Shown: positions 13,729 through 27,390 of the stretch, one piece after another
Layout of the letters: the number at the start of each line of letters is the position of its first letter
How positions within the stretch are numbered: position 1 is the stretch's first letter
DNA from: Octopus vulgaris
Taxonomy: Eukaryota
Assembly: GCA_951406725.2 (NCBI GenBank)
Contig: OX597829.1
Coordinates: 50,840,001 to 50,904,000, forward strand
DNA length: 64,000 bases
Direction of reading: 5' to 3'
Made by a program: the position numbers and the translations under genes
The notes under the pieces: model-generated
The model's input: the letters and a program-made list of their open reading frames with translations, nothing else
Databases searched by the model: none
What the model was told of the DNA's origin: nothing

Positions 13729-14162
13729 CAGGGCTGTGGAGTCGAAGTTGGAGTCATGGAGTTGGAAACTATTAAGAAGTAGCTGGAGTCAGAGTCGGTG
13801 AAACTATAAAGACTCTGACTCCGACTCACAATACCTTTATTCTTTAATATAAACCAGTTGTAAGATATAAGCCCTACTCAAAGTACAAGCGTATGCATAT
13901 GCTTTATGAGATATGTAGACCAAAACCACTCGGTCTACATAGGAATCGGAGTCAGAATTGGAGTCAGAGTCGGAATCGGAGTTGGATTCAGAATTGGAAT
14001 CAGAATTGGAGTAGGAATTGGAGTCAGAGTCAGAGTCGGAGTTGGCATCAGAGTCAGAATCGCAGTCAGATGTGCCAATATTACAAGAGTCAGAATCGAA
14101 ATAAGAGATGCCAATAGTACAGGAGTCAGAGTCGAAATTTTTGTTCTGACTCCACAGCCCTG
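13729..14162. mobile_element. hAT-type MITE with internal (GGAGTC/AGAATC)n hexamer array
   Basis: TIRs CAGGGCTGTGGAGTC / GACTCCACAGCCCTG. Perfect 8-bp TSD CTTACAAG at 13721-13728 and 14163-14170. Confidence 0.92.
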
Positions 14163-14569
14163 CTTACAAGTCATGTACATGAAATTGACTTATGAAAACA
14201 TTTAATATTCAGGGTGCAGCAGAAGTGACACATTGTTGTATTTGAGTTTTCTAGCTCCTAATTGAGGGTTTTTTTCTTTATTTTCTAAAAGTTCTGTGAT
14301 TTTTTTCATTAGTTTATTATTCATTTCTTTAAGTAATGTAATAAATAATTACTTAATAAGCATTTATCCATGTGTGCGCCTGTAATGTGTATGTATACAT
14401 GTTTGTGCGTGTGGATTTTATATATATATATGTGTGTGTGTATGTGTATGCCTGTATAAATATGTATATACTGTCACATTTGTATATAATATACCTATAC
14501 ATATAGGTGCATGTGTGTTGTGTGTGTGTGTATGTGCCTGTGTGTACAGATATAGAGTTTGGTTATGTA

Positions 14570-14790
14570 CACACACATGTAAGCACACACACATGTAAGC
14601 ACACATACATGTAAGCACACACACATGTAAGCACACATACATGTAAGCACACACACATGTAAGCACACATACATGTAAGCACACACACATGTAAGCACAC
14701 ACACATGTAAGCACACACACATGTAAGCACACACACATGTAAGCACACACACATGTAAGCACACACACATGTAAGCACACACACACACAC
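14570..14790. repeat. 16-bp minisatellite (GTAAGCACACACACAT)n, about 13 copies
   Basis: Direct inspection. Confidence 0.9.
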
Positions 14791-14892
14791 TTGTAAACAC
14801 ACAGACACATGCATTCACACATGCACACGTATGGAAATTACAAACATTCTAAGCCCACTCCTCGCACACCATACACGGGAGATGTCTCCTCA

Positions 14893-15288
14893 TCTTTATA
14901 TATAAAAGTGAGGTTGTGTGCTGTCTGTCTCCTACGATTTAGATTCCTAACTACTCCCACATTTTGCGATGCAGTTTAACCAAAACCGGGTATCTTATAG
15001 TCGTGATTCATATCGAGCCCTTCTGGGTATTAGCGCGCGTCTACGATGAGTCTACGATTTTAAAAATAATTTACCATCATTTTTTTCCATTTTTAATGCA
15101 TTTTTGGCATATATAAGGGAAGTAACTCTCTAAAAATGTATTAAATCTCAGAACGTAAAAAGCTACAGTAACACCCCTCCCCCTTTGTGGTTAGCCATAT
15201 TGAGATGGCTATTATACTTTACATCTCTAAAAATGCTTATATAGTTATTTCCCTTACAAACCCGAGCAATGCCGGGCGATACTGCTAG
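14893..15288 (+). mobile_element. Non-autonomous Helitron
   Basis: A|TC 5' end (TCTTTATATATAAAA), subterminal hairpin CCCGAGCAATGCCGGG, CTAG|T 3' end, no TSD. Confidence 0.85.
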
Positions 15289-16419
15289 TATACTATAAAA
15301 GTTATTAAATGCAAAAAGAGTGTTACTTCTGCCATACTCTGTACTTTATGTCATACTATGGTTGCATAATGAAAGACCACGTACCTACAAATCCTTAGTC
15401 TTTACCTACCAAATGCCAGGAATTACGTACCAAATTACATACCAAATGCCAGTTAAATATGTAAAATTGATATATCCGATAGCATTACACCACTGTACTT
15501 AGTGGCTATTCAAGCAATGTATTCATGGATAATTAAGGAGCTAGAAGGGTGCTGAGGAAGGTGCCCCAAATCCTGAAATATGGCATAAATGCCCATTAAC
15601 CTTTTTTCATCTTTGATCTCAATGTTTGTTTGCATCTGACATCTCGGAATACAAAATGTCATAACAAAAATTTGGTGCTGGCTACAATTTCTGTTGAATA
15701 TCTGCAGAGGAAACCTCAACATGTGATGTTATAGCACTGCTAACACAGTAGAACACGGTATTGACTTATAAAAACATTTACGTAGCATATTATGGTCGCA
15801 TAACAAAAATTGCATCCCTACAAATCATAAAAAAAAAAATAAGGGGTAATTTTTCATTTACCACAAATAAGTGTAAATTTATAGTAAAAAGCGTTTCTTC
15901 TGGCACCAAACTGTGGGGTCAAAACCAAAAATTGCGATTTCATAACAGAAAATTCTTAATCAAGCAGTACCAGTACCATACCTATTTTGCCAGATGTCTA
16001 CCCATCGGCCCACGCTATACAGAAACTATCTATATGAGATATAAAATAATAAATACTGCAGATACCTTGTAACAGTTTGTTTTTTGAGGATCAGACAGTT
16101 TGCATTACTTGTGGAGCCAGAAAATATGCATGTATGTATATGCATATATACATTTATATATGAGTGTGTGTGTGCGTGTGTGTGTGTGTGAATGTGTCTG
16201 TATTTGTATGTTTGCATACAAATACAGACACACACATACATACATACATGTGTATATATGCTTAGGTATGCATGTACATCTATGTATATATATATATATG
16301 TATGTGTGGTATGTGAATATATGTCTATGTCTGAGTATGTGTATACATAATATGTGCTTATATATATATATATATGTATGTATGCATTCATGTATGTATC
16401 CATATATACATATACACAG

Positions 16420-16450
<31 letters not shown>

Positions 16451-16529
16451 CACATACACATATACTTATATATATACACACACACTTTTATCTATATACA
16501 TACATATATATTCTGACACGTATACATAA

Positions 16530-16560
<31 letters not shown>

Positions 16561-16594
16561 TATATATACGTAGATATATATATGCACACACGCA

Positions 16595-16632
<38 letters not shown>

Positions 16633-16955
16633 AGTGTGTGTTGTGTGTGTGTAAATATGTATATACTTATACAAACATAAGTGTGTATGCCTGTGTGTGT
16701 GTGTTTGTATAAGTGTATACATTTATTATCGTTTTTATCTCTTATTTTCCTCTTTTGCACATCTCCAATCCTTTCCCAAGAGAAAAATCAGCAGGTTTTG
16801 TTTTCTTGCTCCTGATTATAAAGACTGGTAGCATCACCGTTTCACAACACACATGCACACACACACACACACACACACACATGCATTGTATGCATACACA
16901 ATCACACATGCATGCACACAAACAAATATACATGCATAGACACATATAAAGACAT

Positions 16956-16996
<41 letters not shown>

Positions 16997-17048
16997 CAAC
17001 ATATATATTATACATATACTATGTATAATGTGTGTGCATATGTGTGTG

Positions 17049-17113
<65 letters not shown>

Positions 17114-17739
17114 AGACATATGCATACATAGCAACATATATAGTTTCATACAGATGATAACATATAGACTAATGCGTGTGTGTGTGTGTGTGTGTGTGAG
17201 TGTGCATGTACACATTGTGTGTATATACGAATGCATGAAATCACAGAAACATGTATTCATAGAAATGTATAAAAATATACTTAGATATATATACACAAAT
17301 AATTAAATACATATGCTCACGTGTGCATAGACACACACATACACACACATACACACTCATAAACACATCTATTCATTCATGCACACATACATACACACAT
17401 GCATATACATATATATATATAGTTCGTTTTTAAGTTCACTCATAATAAAAACAATTTTTCATTAATCTGGTGGGTCACTCTCTACTTTTGTAGAGTACAA
17501 ATTTATAAATGTTGTTGATAGTGAGTTCGAAGTTTCAGTCAGTTAAGCCATCGTCGAACCTCAATGCATTGAAATTAATCTTGGCTTCGTATAGTCTTTG
17601 TTGAAGAATATTTTAACTCAACAGAGACTATTTAAATTCGAGACTAACTCTGAGGTATTGAAGTCTGATGGTGACTTAAGTGGCCAATACTTTGAAATCA
17701 GTGTCATCAACATTCTTGTAAAAGAATAACAAATACATG

Positions 17740-17847
<108 letters not shown>

Positions 17848-17848
17848 A

Positions 17849-18078
17849 GGCGGTGAGCTGGTAGAAACGTTAGCACGCCGGGCGAAATTCGTAGCCGTAT
17901 TTCGTCTGTCGTTATGTTCCGAGTTCAAATTCCGCCGAGGTCGACTTTGCCTTTCATCCTTTCGGGGTCGATAAATTAAGTACCAGTTACGCACTGGGGT
18001 CGATGTAGTCGACTTAATCCCTTTGTCTTTCCTTGTTTGTCCCCTCTGTGTTTAGCCCCTTGTGGGTAGTAAAGAAAT
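17849..18078 (+). mobile_element. SINE family B, young full-length copy
   Basis: Head GGCGGTGAGCTGG...GAGTTCAAATTCC, Meta-like core, CpGs preserved. Confidence 0.85.
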
Positions 18079-18244
18079 ATATATATATATATATACACAC
18101 AGACACACACACACACATACATGCTAACACAAATACATTCACACATGCATATATCTATACAATATACACACACACACACGCACATACATACACATATACA
18201 TACATGCTAACACAAATACATTCACACATGCATATATCCATACA

Positions 18245-18277
<33 letters not shown>

Positions 18278-18807
18278 TACATACATGCTAACACAAATAC
18301 ATTCATGCATGCATGTATCCATACATACATACATATATTACATACATACATTCACACATGCATACATACATACACCCACACACACGTGTTTGGTGTGTTT
18401 GTGTGCATATCCATATACACATCCACAGCACGCATACTCAGATAGGTATAAATATATATCTACAGTCGTAGAAAACAAAAACTACAACTTAAGTAGAATG
18501 AGAGCATGTGAGAGTGAGAGGCAGAGGAGAAGAAAGGATGCAGAAGGAGGAGGAAATGAGGACAATGAGGAGGAGTACAAAGACAAGATGTGTGAGGAGC
18601 AGGCAATGGTAGTTTGAAAAGTTATACTAAGGTCCCCGTCTTAGGTTACTAACATCTGCATCGGTTCTCATAACAGCCAAGAAAACCCACATATACATAC
18701 ATGCACATATATATATATATATATATATATAAATGGCGGTGCCCCAGCATGGCCACAGCTCGTGAGCTGAAACTAGATAAAATAAATAAATAAAATAAAT
18801 AAAAATA

Positions 18808-18942
18808 TGGCACAGGAGTGGCTGTGTGGTAAGTAGCTTGCTTACTAACCACACGGTTCTGGGTTCAGTCCCACTGCATGGCACCTTGCACAAGTGTCTT
18901 CTTGTGAGTGGATTTGGTAGACAGAAACTGAAAGAAGCCCAT

Positions 18943-18993
<51 letters not shown>

Positions 18994-19212
18994 GTGTGTG
19001 GGTATATATGTTTGTGTGTGTTTGTCCCCGCCAACATCGCTTGATAACCGATGTTGGTGTGATTACGTCCCCCGTAACTTAGCGGTTCGGCAAAAAGAGA
19101 CTGATAGAATAAGTACTAGGCTTACAAAGAATAAGTCCTGGGGTCCATTTGCTCGACTAAAGGTAGTGCTCCAGCATGGCCACAGTCAAATGACTGAAAC
19201 AAGTAAAAGAGT
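18808..19212 (+). mobile_element. SINE family A
   Basis: Colinear with 798-1212, with a short internal deletion. Confidence 0.8.
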
Positions 19213-19289
19213 AATATATATATATGTATATATATACACACACACACGATTGGCATATGTGGTTTATATAAGCATCTATGTATTTATCA

Positions 19290-19978
19290 TCATCACTGTT
19301 TGTCAGCTTTCCATGCTGGCATGGGTTGGACGGTTTGACATGAAGCTGGCCAGTCAGGAAGCTGTCCAGATTCCAGTTCCCTGTTGTGGTATCGCTTCTA
19401 CAGCTGGATGCTGCCCTTCCTTATGCCAACCGCTTTACAGGGTGTGCTTGGTGCATTTTTTAACATGTCACTGGTGCAGAGGTGTATATGCAGCACTGGT
19501 ATGGGTGCTTTTCATGTGGCATCAGCACCTAAAAGGAACAAGTCTGTATATATGGAAGATAGTAATTTTACTCATGCATCTGTTTATATATGCATATGAA
19601 TATTTATATACGAGAATCAGAATCAAAATCGAAATCGATCAACATCAATGGAAATTGTAGCTGTGATACCAGTGCCGGTGGCACATAAAAAGCACCATCT
19701 GATCATGGCCGTTGCCAGCCTCGCCTCATGCCGGTGGCATGTAAAAAGCACCATCCGACCGTGGCCGTTTGCCAGCCCCGTCTGGCACTTGTGCTGGTGG
19801 CATGTAAAAAGCACCCACTACACTCACGGAGTGGTTGGTGTTAGGAAGGGGCATCCAGCCGTAGAAACATTGCCAGATCAGACTGGGCCTGGTGCAGCCT
19901 TCTGGCTTCCCAGACACCAGCTGAACCGTCCAACCCATGCTAGCATGGAAAACGGACGCTAAATGATGATGAAATGAT
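19290..19978. mobile_element. Two RTE 3' UTR fragments (minus 19290-19530, plus 19620-19978)
   Basis: Family C motifs. The plus copy has three TGCCGGTGGCAYGTAAAAAGCACC-like modules. Confidence 0.75.
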
Positions 19979-20039
19979 GTATATATATTTAAAATATAAA
20001 ATTAGTGTACACATTTATATGAATAGGGACGTCCTCATC

Positions 20040-20723
20040 AAGAAATTTGATGAGAGGGAGGAGGAGCTACAGACATCGGACATAGAAGGTAGGTGGAAAT
20101 TCCTACAGGATAACTTGCCATAGACCAAGTCTGTGAATGGTGCAAAATCCCTTCCAGACCTAGAGTAAAGTGGTGGTGGAATGCTACGGTAGACAACATC
20201 ATTAGAGCAAAGAAAAGGCCTGGAAAGCCTGGAAGGGTGGAGGTAGCCAAAAGGGAGGCTGGGCGGCAGATATACATAGCCAAGGGTGAAGCAGAAAAGA
20301 AGGAGTTTGCCAATGTCCAGCAACGTGAGGACCAAAGAACTGAGGTATTTCGGATTGCTTAGACAGTGCGTGAGAGAAAATTGTGATGTCACAGGTGAGA
20401 AATGCGTCCAGATGGATGATGGTGCACTTGCTTTTAATAATTCGGAAAAGAAAGAGGCTTGGAGAAGCCATTATGAAAGACTGCTGAATGTGGAGAATGA
20501 ATGGGAGGAGGAGAGCCTGCCAAATGTTGACCCAGTAGAGGGACCAGCTATCTGAATAGATAGCTCCCTGGTAGATAAAGCAATTAAGAGTATGAAGCCA
20601 GGAAAAGCCCCCAGCCCATCAGGAATCACTGTTGAGATGCTTAAAACATCTGGTGGTGTGGGCTATGGCCTAGTCACCCACATTGTAAACCAGGTAGTTT
20701 ATGATGGAATCATACCCAATGAC
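20040..20723 (+). pseudogene. RTE LINE ORF fragment (linker and start of RT)
   Basis: WWWN...AWKGG, KEAWRSHYERLLNVENEW, KAIKSMKPGKAPSPSGITVEMLK...IIPND, with stops and frameshifts. Confidence 0.85.
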
Positions 20724-21559
20724 ATTATATTGTGTCTATATAATTATATATTAGTATATGTATATACATTACAAATATGCAGATATATTCATACATATGA
20801 TATTGATGATGATGATGGTGATACTTAGATATTTAGATATCATCATCATTATTTAACATCTATTTTCCATGCTGGCATGGGTTGGACAGCTTGAGAGGAG
20901 CTGGTAAGCCAGAGAACAGTGCTAGGCTTCATCGTCTGTTTCAGAATGGTTGGATGCCCTTTCTAATGCCAACCACTTTACAGAGTGTACTGGGTGTTTT
21001 TTACATGGCACAACCACTGATAGTTTTTCATAACATCAACAGCAGCAAGGTCATCAAGTAACTTGTGAGACTTCTCAGCTGGGAGAGGGGATGGTTTTGA
21101 GGGAGGGGGCTTTGTGCCAGTTTCTAGATTCTAGTATAATAGAGGGATCAAGATAGGTAGAGGATATTCTTGGCTACCCTTATAGGAAAGGAAAGGGTGG
21201 AAATTGAGATTTACAGAGAGAGATAGAGAGACAGTCAGAGTGAGACAGAGAGAGTATTAGATAGTGTTGGGGGTGCATCAGGACCCACCCAGGTACAAAG
21301 GAGAAAGTGGGGATGTTTCGTAAGAGTGAGAGGGGAGATATTTAGAGATGGGGAAGAGGTGACTGTAGCGAATGATGATGAGAGAAATTCAAATGGTCGG
21401 GAAGGGGTATGATAGATACGTGAGGACATGGTGAGTGGAGGGGTGTGTAGTGGGTAGTGATCATGGATGGTGGGAAATGACAGTGTCGAAAAGATGTGGA
21501 GTAGTTTTTAGGTTGGTGGTGGAGGGCATGGTCATAAAGGACACAGCTGTGTGTATGGC

Positions 21560-21935
21560 CATGATTCTCAAGCACAACAAATTATCAAAAGTCTCGCTCC
21601 CTTGTCCATCTTCTCTGCAAGGGTCAGTATCTGAAGATCATTTTTCACCATCTCATCCCATGTCTTCCTGGGTCTGTCCCCATCCACTGGTTCCCTCCAC
21701 AATTGGAGATCAGCACTTCTCTACACACCTGTCCTCGTCTGTACTTGTCACCTGACCATACAGGTGCAGTCTTCTTGCTTGTACCTTACCTTTGATGCCT
21801 CTTATACCCAATTTCTCCATTCACAGCCTATGTTTTACTGCCATGTAGCATACATGGCACCATGCAGTCTGGCTCTCGCTCCCACTGAGAGGCCCTTTGT
21901 TACCAACAAAGGTAATAGCTTTCTGGACTTTCTTC
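21560..21935 (-). pseudogene. Decayed RTE LINE C-terminal fragment
   Basis: LLPLLVTKGLS remnant and similarity to 33215-33400. Confidence 0.55.
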
Positions 21936-21949
21936 AGTAGATTCATATG

Positions 21950-22012
21950 CTGTGCGTGTGTGAGTGTGCTTGTGTGTGTGAGTGTGTTTGTGTGTGTGTG
22001 TGTGTGTGCGTT

Positions 22013-22043
<31 letters not shown>

Positions 22044-22053
22044 TTGTGTGTGT

Positions 22054-22089
<36 letters not shown>

Positions 22090-22520
22090 TTGTGTTTGTG
22101 TGTGTGTGTGTGCTTGTGTGTGTGTGCGTGTTTGTGTGTGTGTGTGTGTGTCTTTGTACGTGTGTTTGTGTGTGCATTTGTGTGTGCTTGTGTGTGTGTT
22201 TGTGTGTGTTTGTGTGTGTTTTTGTGTGTGTGTGTGTGTGTGTGTTTGTGTTTGTGTGTTTGTGTTTGCCTGTGTGTGTGTGTGTGCTTGTGTGTGTGTG
22301 CGTGTTTGTGTGTGTGTGTGTTTGTGTGTGTATGTGAGTTTGAGTGTGAGCACGAGTGTGTGTATGAGTATGTGTGTGTGTGTGTGAGAGAGCGTGCATG
22401 TGTGTGTGTAAGCATGAGTGTTTGTGTATGTATGAGTGTATGTGTGTGTGTGTGTGTGTGTATGTATGTGTGCATGTGTTGTGTATGTATGCATGCATGT
22501 GTGTGTGTGTGTGTGTGTGT
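21950..22520. repeat. Long imperfect (TG)n microsatellite
   Basis: Direct inspection. Confidence 0.95.
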
Positions 22521-22746
22521 GTTTTTTTTATCTAAGCTCTTAACAGAGTTCCTGGTGTTTGTAAGTTCTGCAGTTGAGTTTTTATGTTTTGTTTGAGTTG
22601 TTGATACACACAACCAAATGTGTGCATCGAGTCACATGACAACCTCACATGGAGAATTTTGGGAATGTTTCACAAATCTCCAGTGTTACTAGCAGATCGA
22701 ATTTGGAGAGACCACGTCAGTTTCTTTTGTACGTACGTACTTATGT

Positions 22747-22960
22747 ACTCTTTTACTTGTTTCAGTCATCTGACTGCGGCCATGCTGGAGCACCGCCTTT
22801 TTAGTCGAGCAAATCGACCCCGGGACTTATTCTCTTGTAAGCCCAGTATTTATTCTATCGGTCTCTTTTTGCCGAACCGCTAAGTAAGGAGACATAAACA
22901 CACCAGCATCGGTTGTCAAGCAATGCTAGGGGGACAAACACAGACACACAAACACACATA

Positions 22961-23004
<44 letters not shown>

Positions 23005-23171
23005 TACGACGGGCTTCTCTCAGTTTCCATCTAGCAAATCCACTCACAAGGCTTTGGTCGGCCCGAGGTTATAGTAGAAGACACTTGCCCAAGGTGCTAT
23101 GCAGTGGGACTGAACCCGGGACCATGTGGTTTGTAAACAAGCTACTTACCACACAGCCATTCCTGCGCCTA
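22747..23171 (-). mobile_element. SINE family A
   Basis: Reverse complement of 798-1212. Confidence 0.85.
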
Positions 23172-23236
23172 TGTATGTATATATGTTTGTAGTTATGTAT
23201 GTATGTGTGTTTATACTTATATATGTATGCATGTGG

Positions 23237-23808
23237 AAGCGAGCGCTTCCACCAGCAATGTCTCCGCACCATCCTCAACATTCACTGGAGTGACTTCGTC
23301 ACAAACATTGAAGTCTTGGAGCGGGCCGAGATCCCCAGCATTGAAACCATGCTACTGAAGTACCACCTCCGATGGGCAGGGCATGTCCCCAGAATGGAGA
23401 ACCATCGCCTTCCAAAGATTGCCCTGTTTGGCGAACTCTCCACCGGCCACTATGTGAGATGAGCTCTGAGGAAGCGCTACAAAGACTGCCTCAAGAAGTC
23501 TCTAACAGCATGTCAAATTAACCACCAATGCCGATCAGACCTGGCTGCGGACCGTGATGTCTGGCGCCACACGATCTTCAACGCAGTCAGCAAGTTTGAG
23601 GAACAAAGAAGAGATGCAATTAAAGACAAGAGACGCAGGAGGAAGGCGCGAGCCGCCTCTGACACCACACCGGATGTTACCTTCGTCTGTGGACACTGCT
23701 CACGGACCTGCCTTTCCCATATCGGACTTGTCGGTCATGAGCGTGCATGCACGCGACGTGGACAGCCTGCCTGATCTTCGTTCGCGAAGCCGAGCCATGA
23801 TGATGATG
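23237..23808 (+). pseudogene. RTE/BovB-clade LINE 3' end
   Basis: ERFHQQCLRTILNIHW...LRWAGHVPRM...LPKIALFGEL...RYKDCLK...FVCGHCSRTCLSHIGLVGHERAC (C2H2-like tail), then (TGA)n. Confidence 0.9.
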
Positions 23809-24358
23809 TATGCATGTATGATACATAGGCATATATGCATGTATACACACACACACACAGGCACAAACTGGATCTTTGTATAAGAGACTGCACTGGATCG
23901 TCCTTATCTCTTTACCATAGTCTCCCATCTTTAGGTTATATATTGAACTATGAGCATTGAACTATCTGTAGCTTCTCTATCTTCCTTTTCTGCACAGCCA
24001 GTCGATTCTCTCCCTCTCCCCCTCCTTTCTCCCCACCCATTTCTTTTTTATTCTCCTCCTTTGTCTATACATCTTCAGTTGCTGAATACCGTCTTCCTCT
24101 ACATTTGTTGTACAACTCACCTATGTTTGTGCCACAACAGAAAGTGTCCACCCCAAACCCTCAGCTCAGCGATGAGCTACAACTATCTGTCAAGGCGATG
24201 CTACCATGGAAACTACACTCGGTACACACAGTAAAATGGTTGGCTAAGGAGCAGAGAAACTGTAAGTTTGTGATGTCCCTTTTTGGTCCTGTTTCAGTAA
24301 GAAATGCCTTCCTACTCATTTCTAGCTGTCCAACCCATGTCACACACACACATGTATA

Positions 24359-24520
24359 TGAGGAAGTGCTGAAACATTCCTGGCTTTAAAGGGTATCATG
24401 AAAGGAACTGGATTTTTTTTACAGTTCCAAGTATATTTACAGGGCTTAGAAAAAATTAAAGACCGCTGCAATAAGTGTGTGAATCTGAGAAGGAAATATG
24501 TTGAATAGAATTATAATTAA
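24359..24520 (+). mobile_element. Mariner-derived MITE fragment
   Basis: TIR-like TGAGGAAGTGCTGAAACATTCC. C-terminal remnant RCNKCVNLRRKYVE*. Confidence 0.6.
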
Positions 24521-24549
24521 CTTTTCAGCCCCAACACATTTATATATAT

Positions 24550-25297
24550 AATTAAATAAGGGTAGAAATTGATATTAATCAATTAAAACCAGCGGCCTGG
24601 CATATTTTTAAAAAATCCAAAGATTAAAAATTTTTTTTTTACATACAAAATTAAGAGGACTGACCACTAAAAGTGGACAGCCTGTATGCTAGATATAGAC
24701 ATCAAGTCACCATTTTCTACAAAGAATGTGTTCTCAAGTAAAAACTCAGCAAAAAACAAAGTGTAAAAGTAAGCAAGACAAATGAAAATATACGAAATAA
24801 AAAACGATTATCTATGTACTAATTAGTTTCACTTGTTAATAATTTACGTATATGAATGCATAAACATCTGCAAGGTCATCAGCATAGTCTGTCATTTACA
24901 AAACACAATTTCCAGAACTAGATACAGAACACTCAACCGAAATCCAGTATGTATAAAGTTCTACAAATTATATTTATGTGTATCTTTCAAATGCCTTCAC
25001 TTTGGCACGCTGAGATCGGAAATTACTCTGCAGTTAATAAATTAAAGCAGTCAATTTACCGGGTAAAGAACATTTTTTTATTTAAAATTAAATAAGGGTA
25101 GAAATTGATATTAATCAATTAAAACCAGTGGCCTAGCATATTTTTAAAAAATCCGAAGATTAAAAATTTTTTTTTTTTTGCATACAAAATTTAGAGGACT
25201 GACCACTAAAAGTGGACAGCCTGTATGCTAGATGTAGACATCAAGTTGCCATTTTCCGATCTCAGCACGCCAAAGTGAAGGCATTTGAAAGATACAC
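24550..25297 (-). mobile_element. Non-autonomous Penelope-like/retrozyme unit in partial tandem
   Basis: About 170-bp direct repeats at 24550-24717 and 25086-25256 (period 536 bp). Inverted stub 25252-25297 matches 24978-25022. Contains a hammerhead. Confidence 0.75.
24812..24887 (-). ncRNA. Type-I hammerhead ribozyme motif, intact core
   Basis: CTATG-CTGATGA-C CTTG...CAAG T-GAA-ACTAATTAGT-A-CATAG. Confidence 0.85.
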
Positions 25298-25477
25298 TCT
25301 TGGAGTGGTTGGCGTTAGGAAGGGCATCCGGCTGTAGAAACTCTGCCAAATCAAGATTGGAGCCTGGTGCGGCCATCTGGTTCGCCAGTCCTCAGTCAAA
25401 TTGTCCAACCCATGCTAGAATGGAAAGCAGACATTAAACGATGATTATTATGATACATATACTCTTCTATATATATG

Positions 25478-25547
<70 letters not shown>

Positions 25548-25613
25548 GGTCCCGGGTTGATTCGGGGTTAACCACAGTAAATAAGGTACTCAATACATAG
25601 CAGAGTAAAATTA

Positions 25614-25738
25614 ATTTATTATATAGAAGGAGTTTCTACAGGACTAGAACTGTTTCATTCAAGAGAAATCATCAGGAAGCTCCTGATGATTTCTCTTGAA
25701 TGAAACAGTTCTAGTCCTGTAGAAGCTCCTTCTATATA

Positions 25739-25744
<6 letters not shown>
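25614..25744. ncRNA. Palindrome of two head-to-head hammerheads
   Basis: CTGATGA-TTTCTCTTGAAT-GAAACAG-TTCTAGTC-CTGTA-GAARCT on both strands, centred near 25679. Confidence 0.8.
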
Positions 25745-25782
<38 letters not shown>

Positions 25783-25904
25783 AAAAATACAAATATATAT
25801 ATAAATAAATATATAAATATATATATAAATATATATTGGTAAAAACAGTAAGATAACAACAAAAAAAAGAAAAAGGCCTCAATATTATGTAAATAGAGGA
25901 AATT

Positions 25905-26110
25905 TATCTGTAAAATAATATGTGACAATTATTCAAAAGCCAAGATAAAACTCTGAGTTTCGGATGCTGAGGTGGAAATCCATAACACCATGTCTTCGGT
26001 TGGTTTTTTTTTTTTGGTTTTTTTTTTCAGATGGCCAGATAACCGAAGAGATGGTGTTGTGGATTTCCACCTCGGCTATTGAATAATTGTCACATATTAT
26101 TTTACAGATA
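25905..26110. repeat. Inverted repeat containing a variant hammerhead (CCGAAGA core)
   Basis: Arms 25905-26001 and 26041-26110. Composite of the two arms: GCCAGATAA-CCGAAGA-GATG...CATCC-GAAACTCAGAGTT-TTATCTTGGC. Confidence 0.6.
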
Positions 26111-26477
26111 TATAAATATATTTATATATGTATGTATATATTTCTGTGTGTGTCCTTGTATCTGTTTGTCTTCCCACCACCACCGTCACTTGACAACCCA
26201 TGATGGTAAGAGAAGCCGATAGAATAAGCACTTGGCTTATAAAAAATAACCCCTGGTTCGATGGTTGATTTGATCCACTAAAACCCTTCAAGGCAGTGCT
26301 CCAGCATGGCCACAGTCAAATAACTGAAACAAAGAAAATAATAAAAGAATATTAGCATTATTTTTACAAACAAAAAAAAGCAGAAAGAAATATCAAAGGT
26401 CAATTTGTTGGTAAAACTGTTTTTTTTTTTTTTGTAGGTTTTAGAATGTACCTCAAGCAAAACACTACACTTCATGT

Positions 26478-26785
<308 letters not shown>

Positions 26786-26979
26786 CTCGTGATACAACTT
26801 GTATAGCTATTGTAGAATTGATTGAAGAATTGAGCTGATGTGTATAGCAAGAAATTACAGAACTGTCTTTCATGGACTCAAGAGACTCCCAAAAAACCTA
26901 TCAATTAAATCATGAACGAGTCAATTAAAACAAGAAAGACTGATGCATTCATTCTTTCTCTTCATTTTTTTTTAATACA

Positions 26980-27390
26980 CTTTTACTCTTTTACTTGTTT
27001 CAGTCATTTGACTGTGGCCATGCTGGAGCACCGCTTCTATTCGAGCACATCGACCCCAGGACTTATTCTTTGTAAGCCTAGTACTTATTCTATCGGTCTA
27101 TTCTGCCGAACCGCTAAGTAACGGGGACATAAACACACCAGCATCGGTTATCAAGCGATGTTGGGGGTACAAACACAGACACACAAACACACACACGCAT
27201 ATAATATATATATATATATATATATAGGACGGGCTTCTTTCAGTTTCCGTCTACCAAATCCACTCACAAGGCTTTGGTCGGCCCAAGGCTATAGCAGAAG
27301 ACACTTGCCCAAGGTGTCACGCAGTGGGACTGAACCCGGAACCATGTGGTTGGTAAGCAAGCTACTTAGCACACAGCCACTCCTGCGCCT
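26980..27390 (-). mobile_element. SINE family A
   Basis: Reverse complement of 798-1212. Confidence 0.85.

Noticed and set aside
13893-14205. Repetitive ORFs (RIGVGI / SQNWSQ)
   Set aside because: They come from the hexamer array inside a hAT MITE with TIRs and TSD.
19665-19815. Regularly spaced TGCCGGTGGCAYRTAAAAAGCACC repeats resembling a CRISPR array
   Set aside because: The spacers are homologous to each other, the repeats lie in an RTE 3' UTR, the context is eukaryotic and there are no cas genes.
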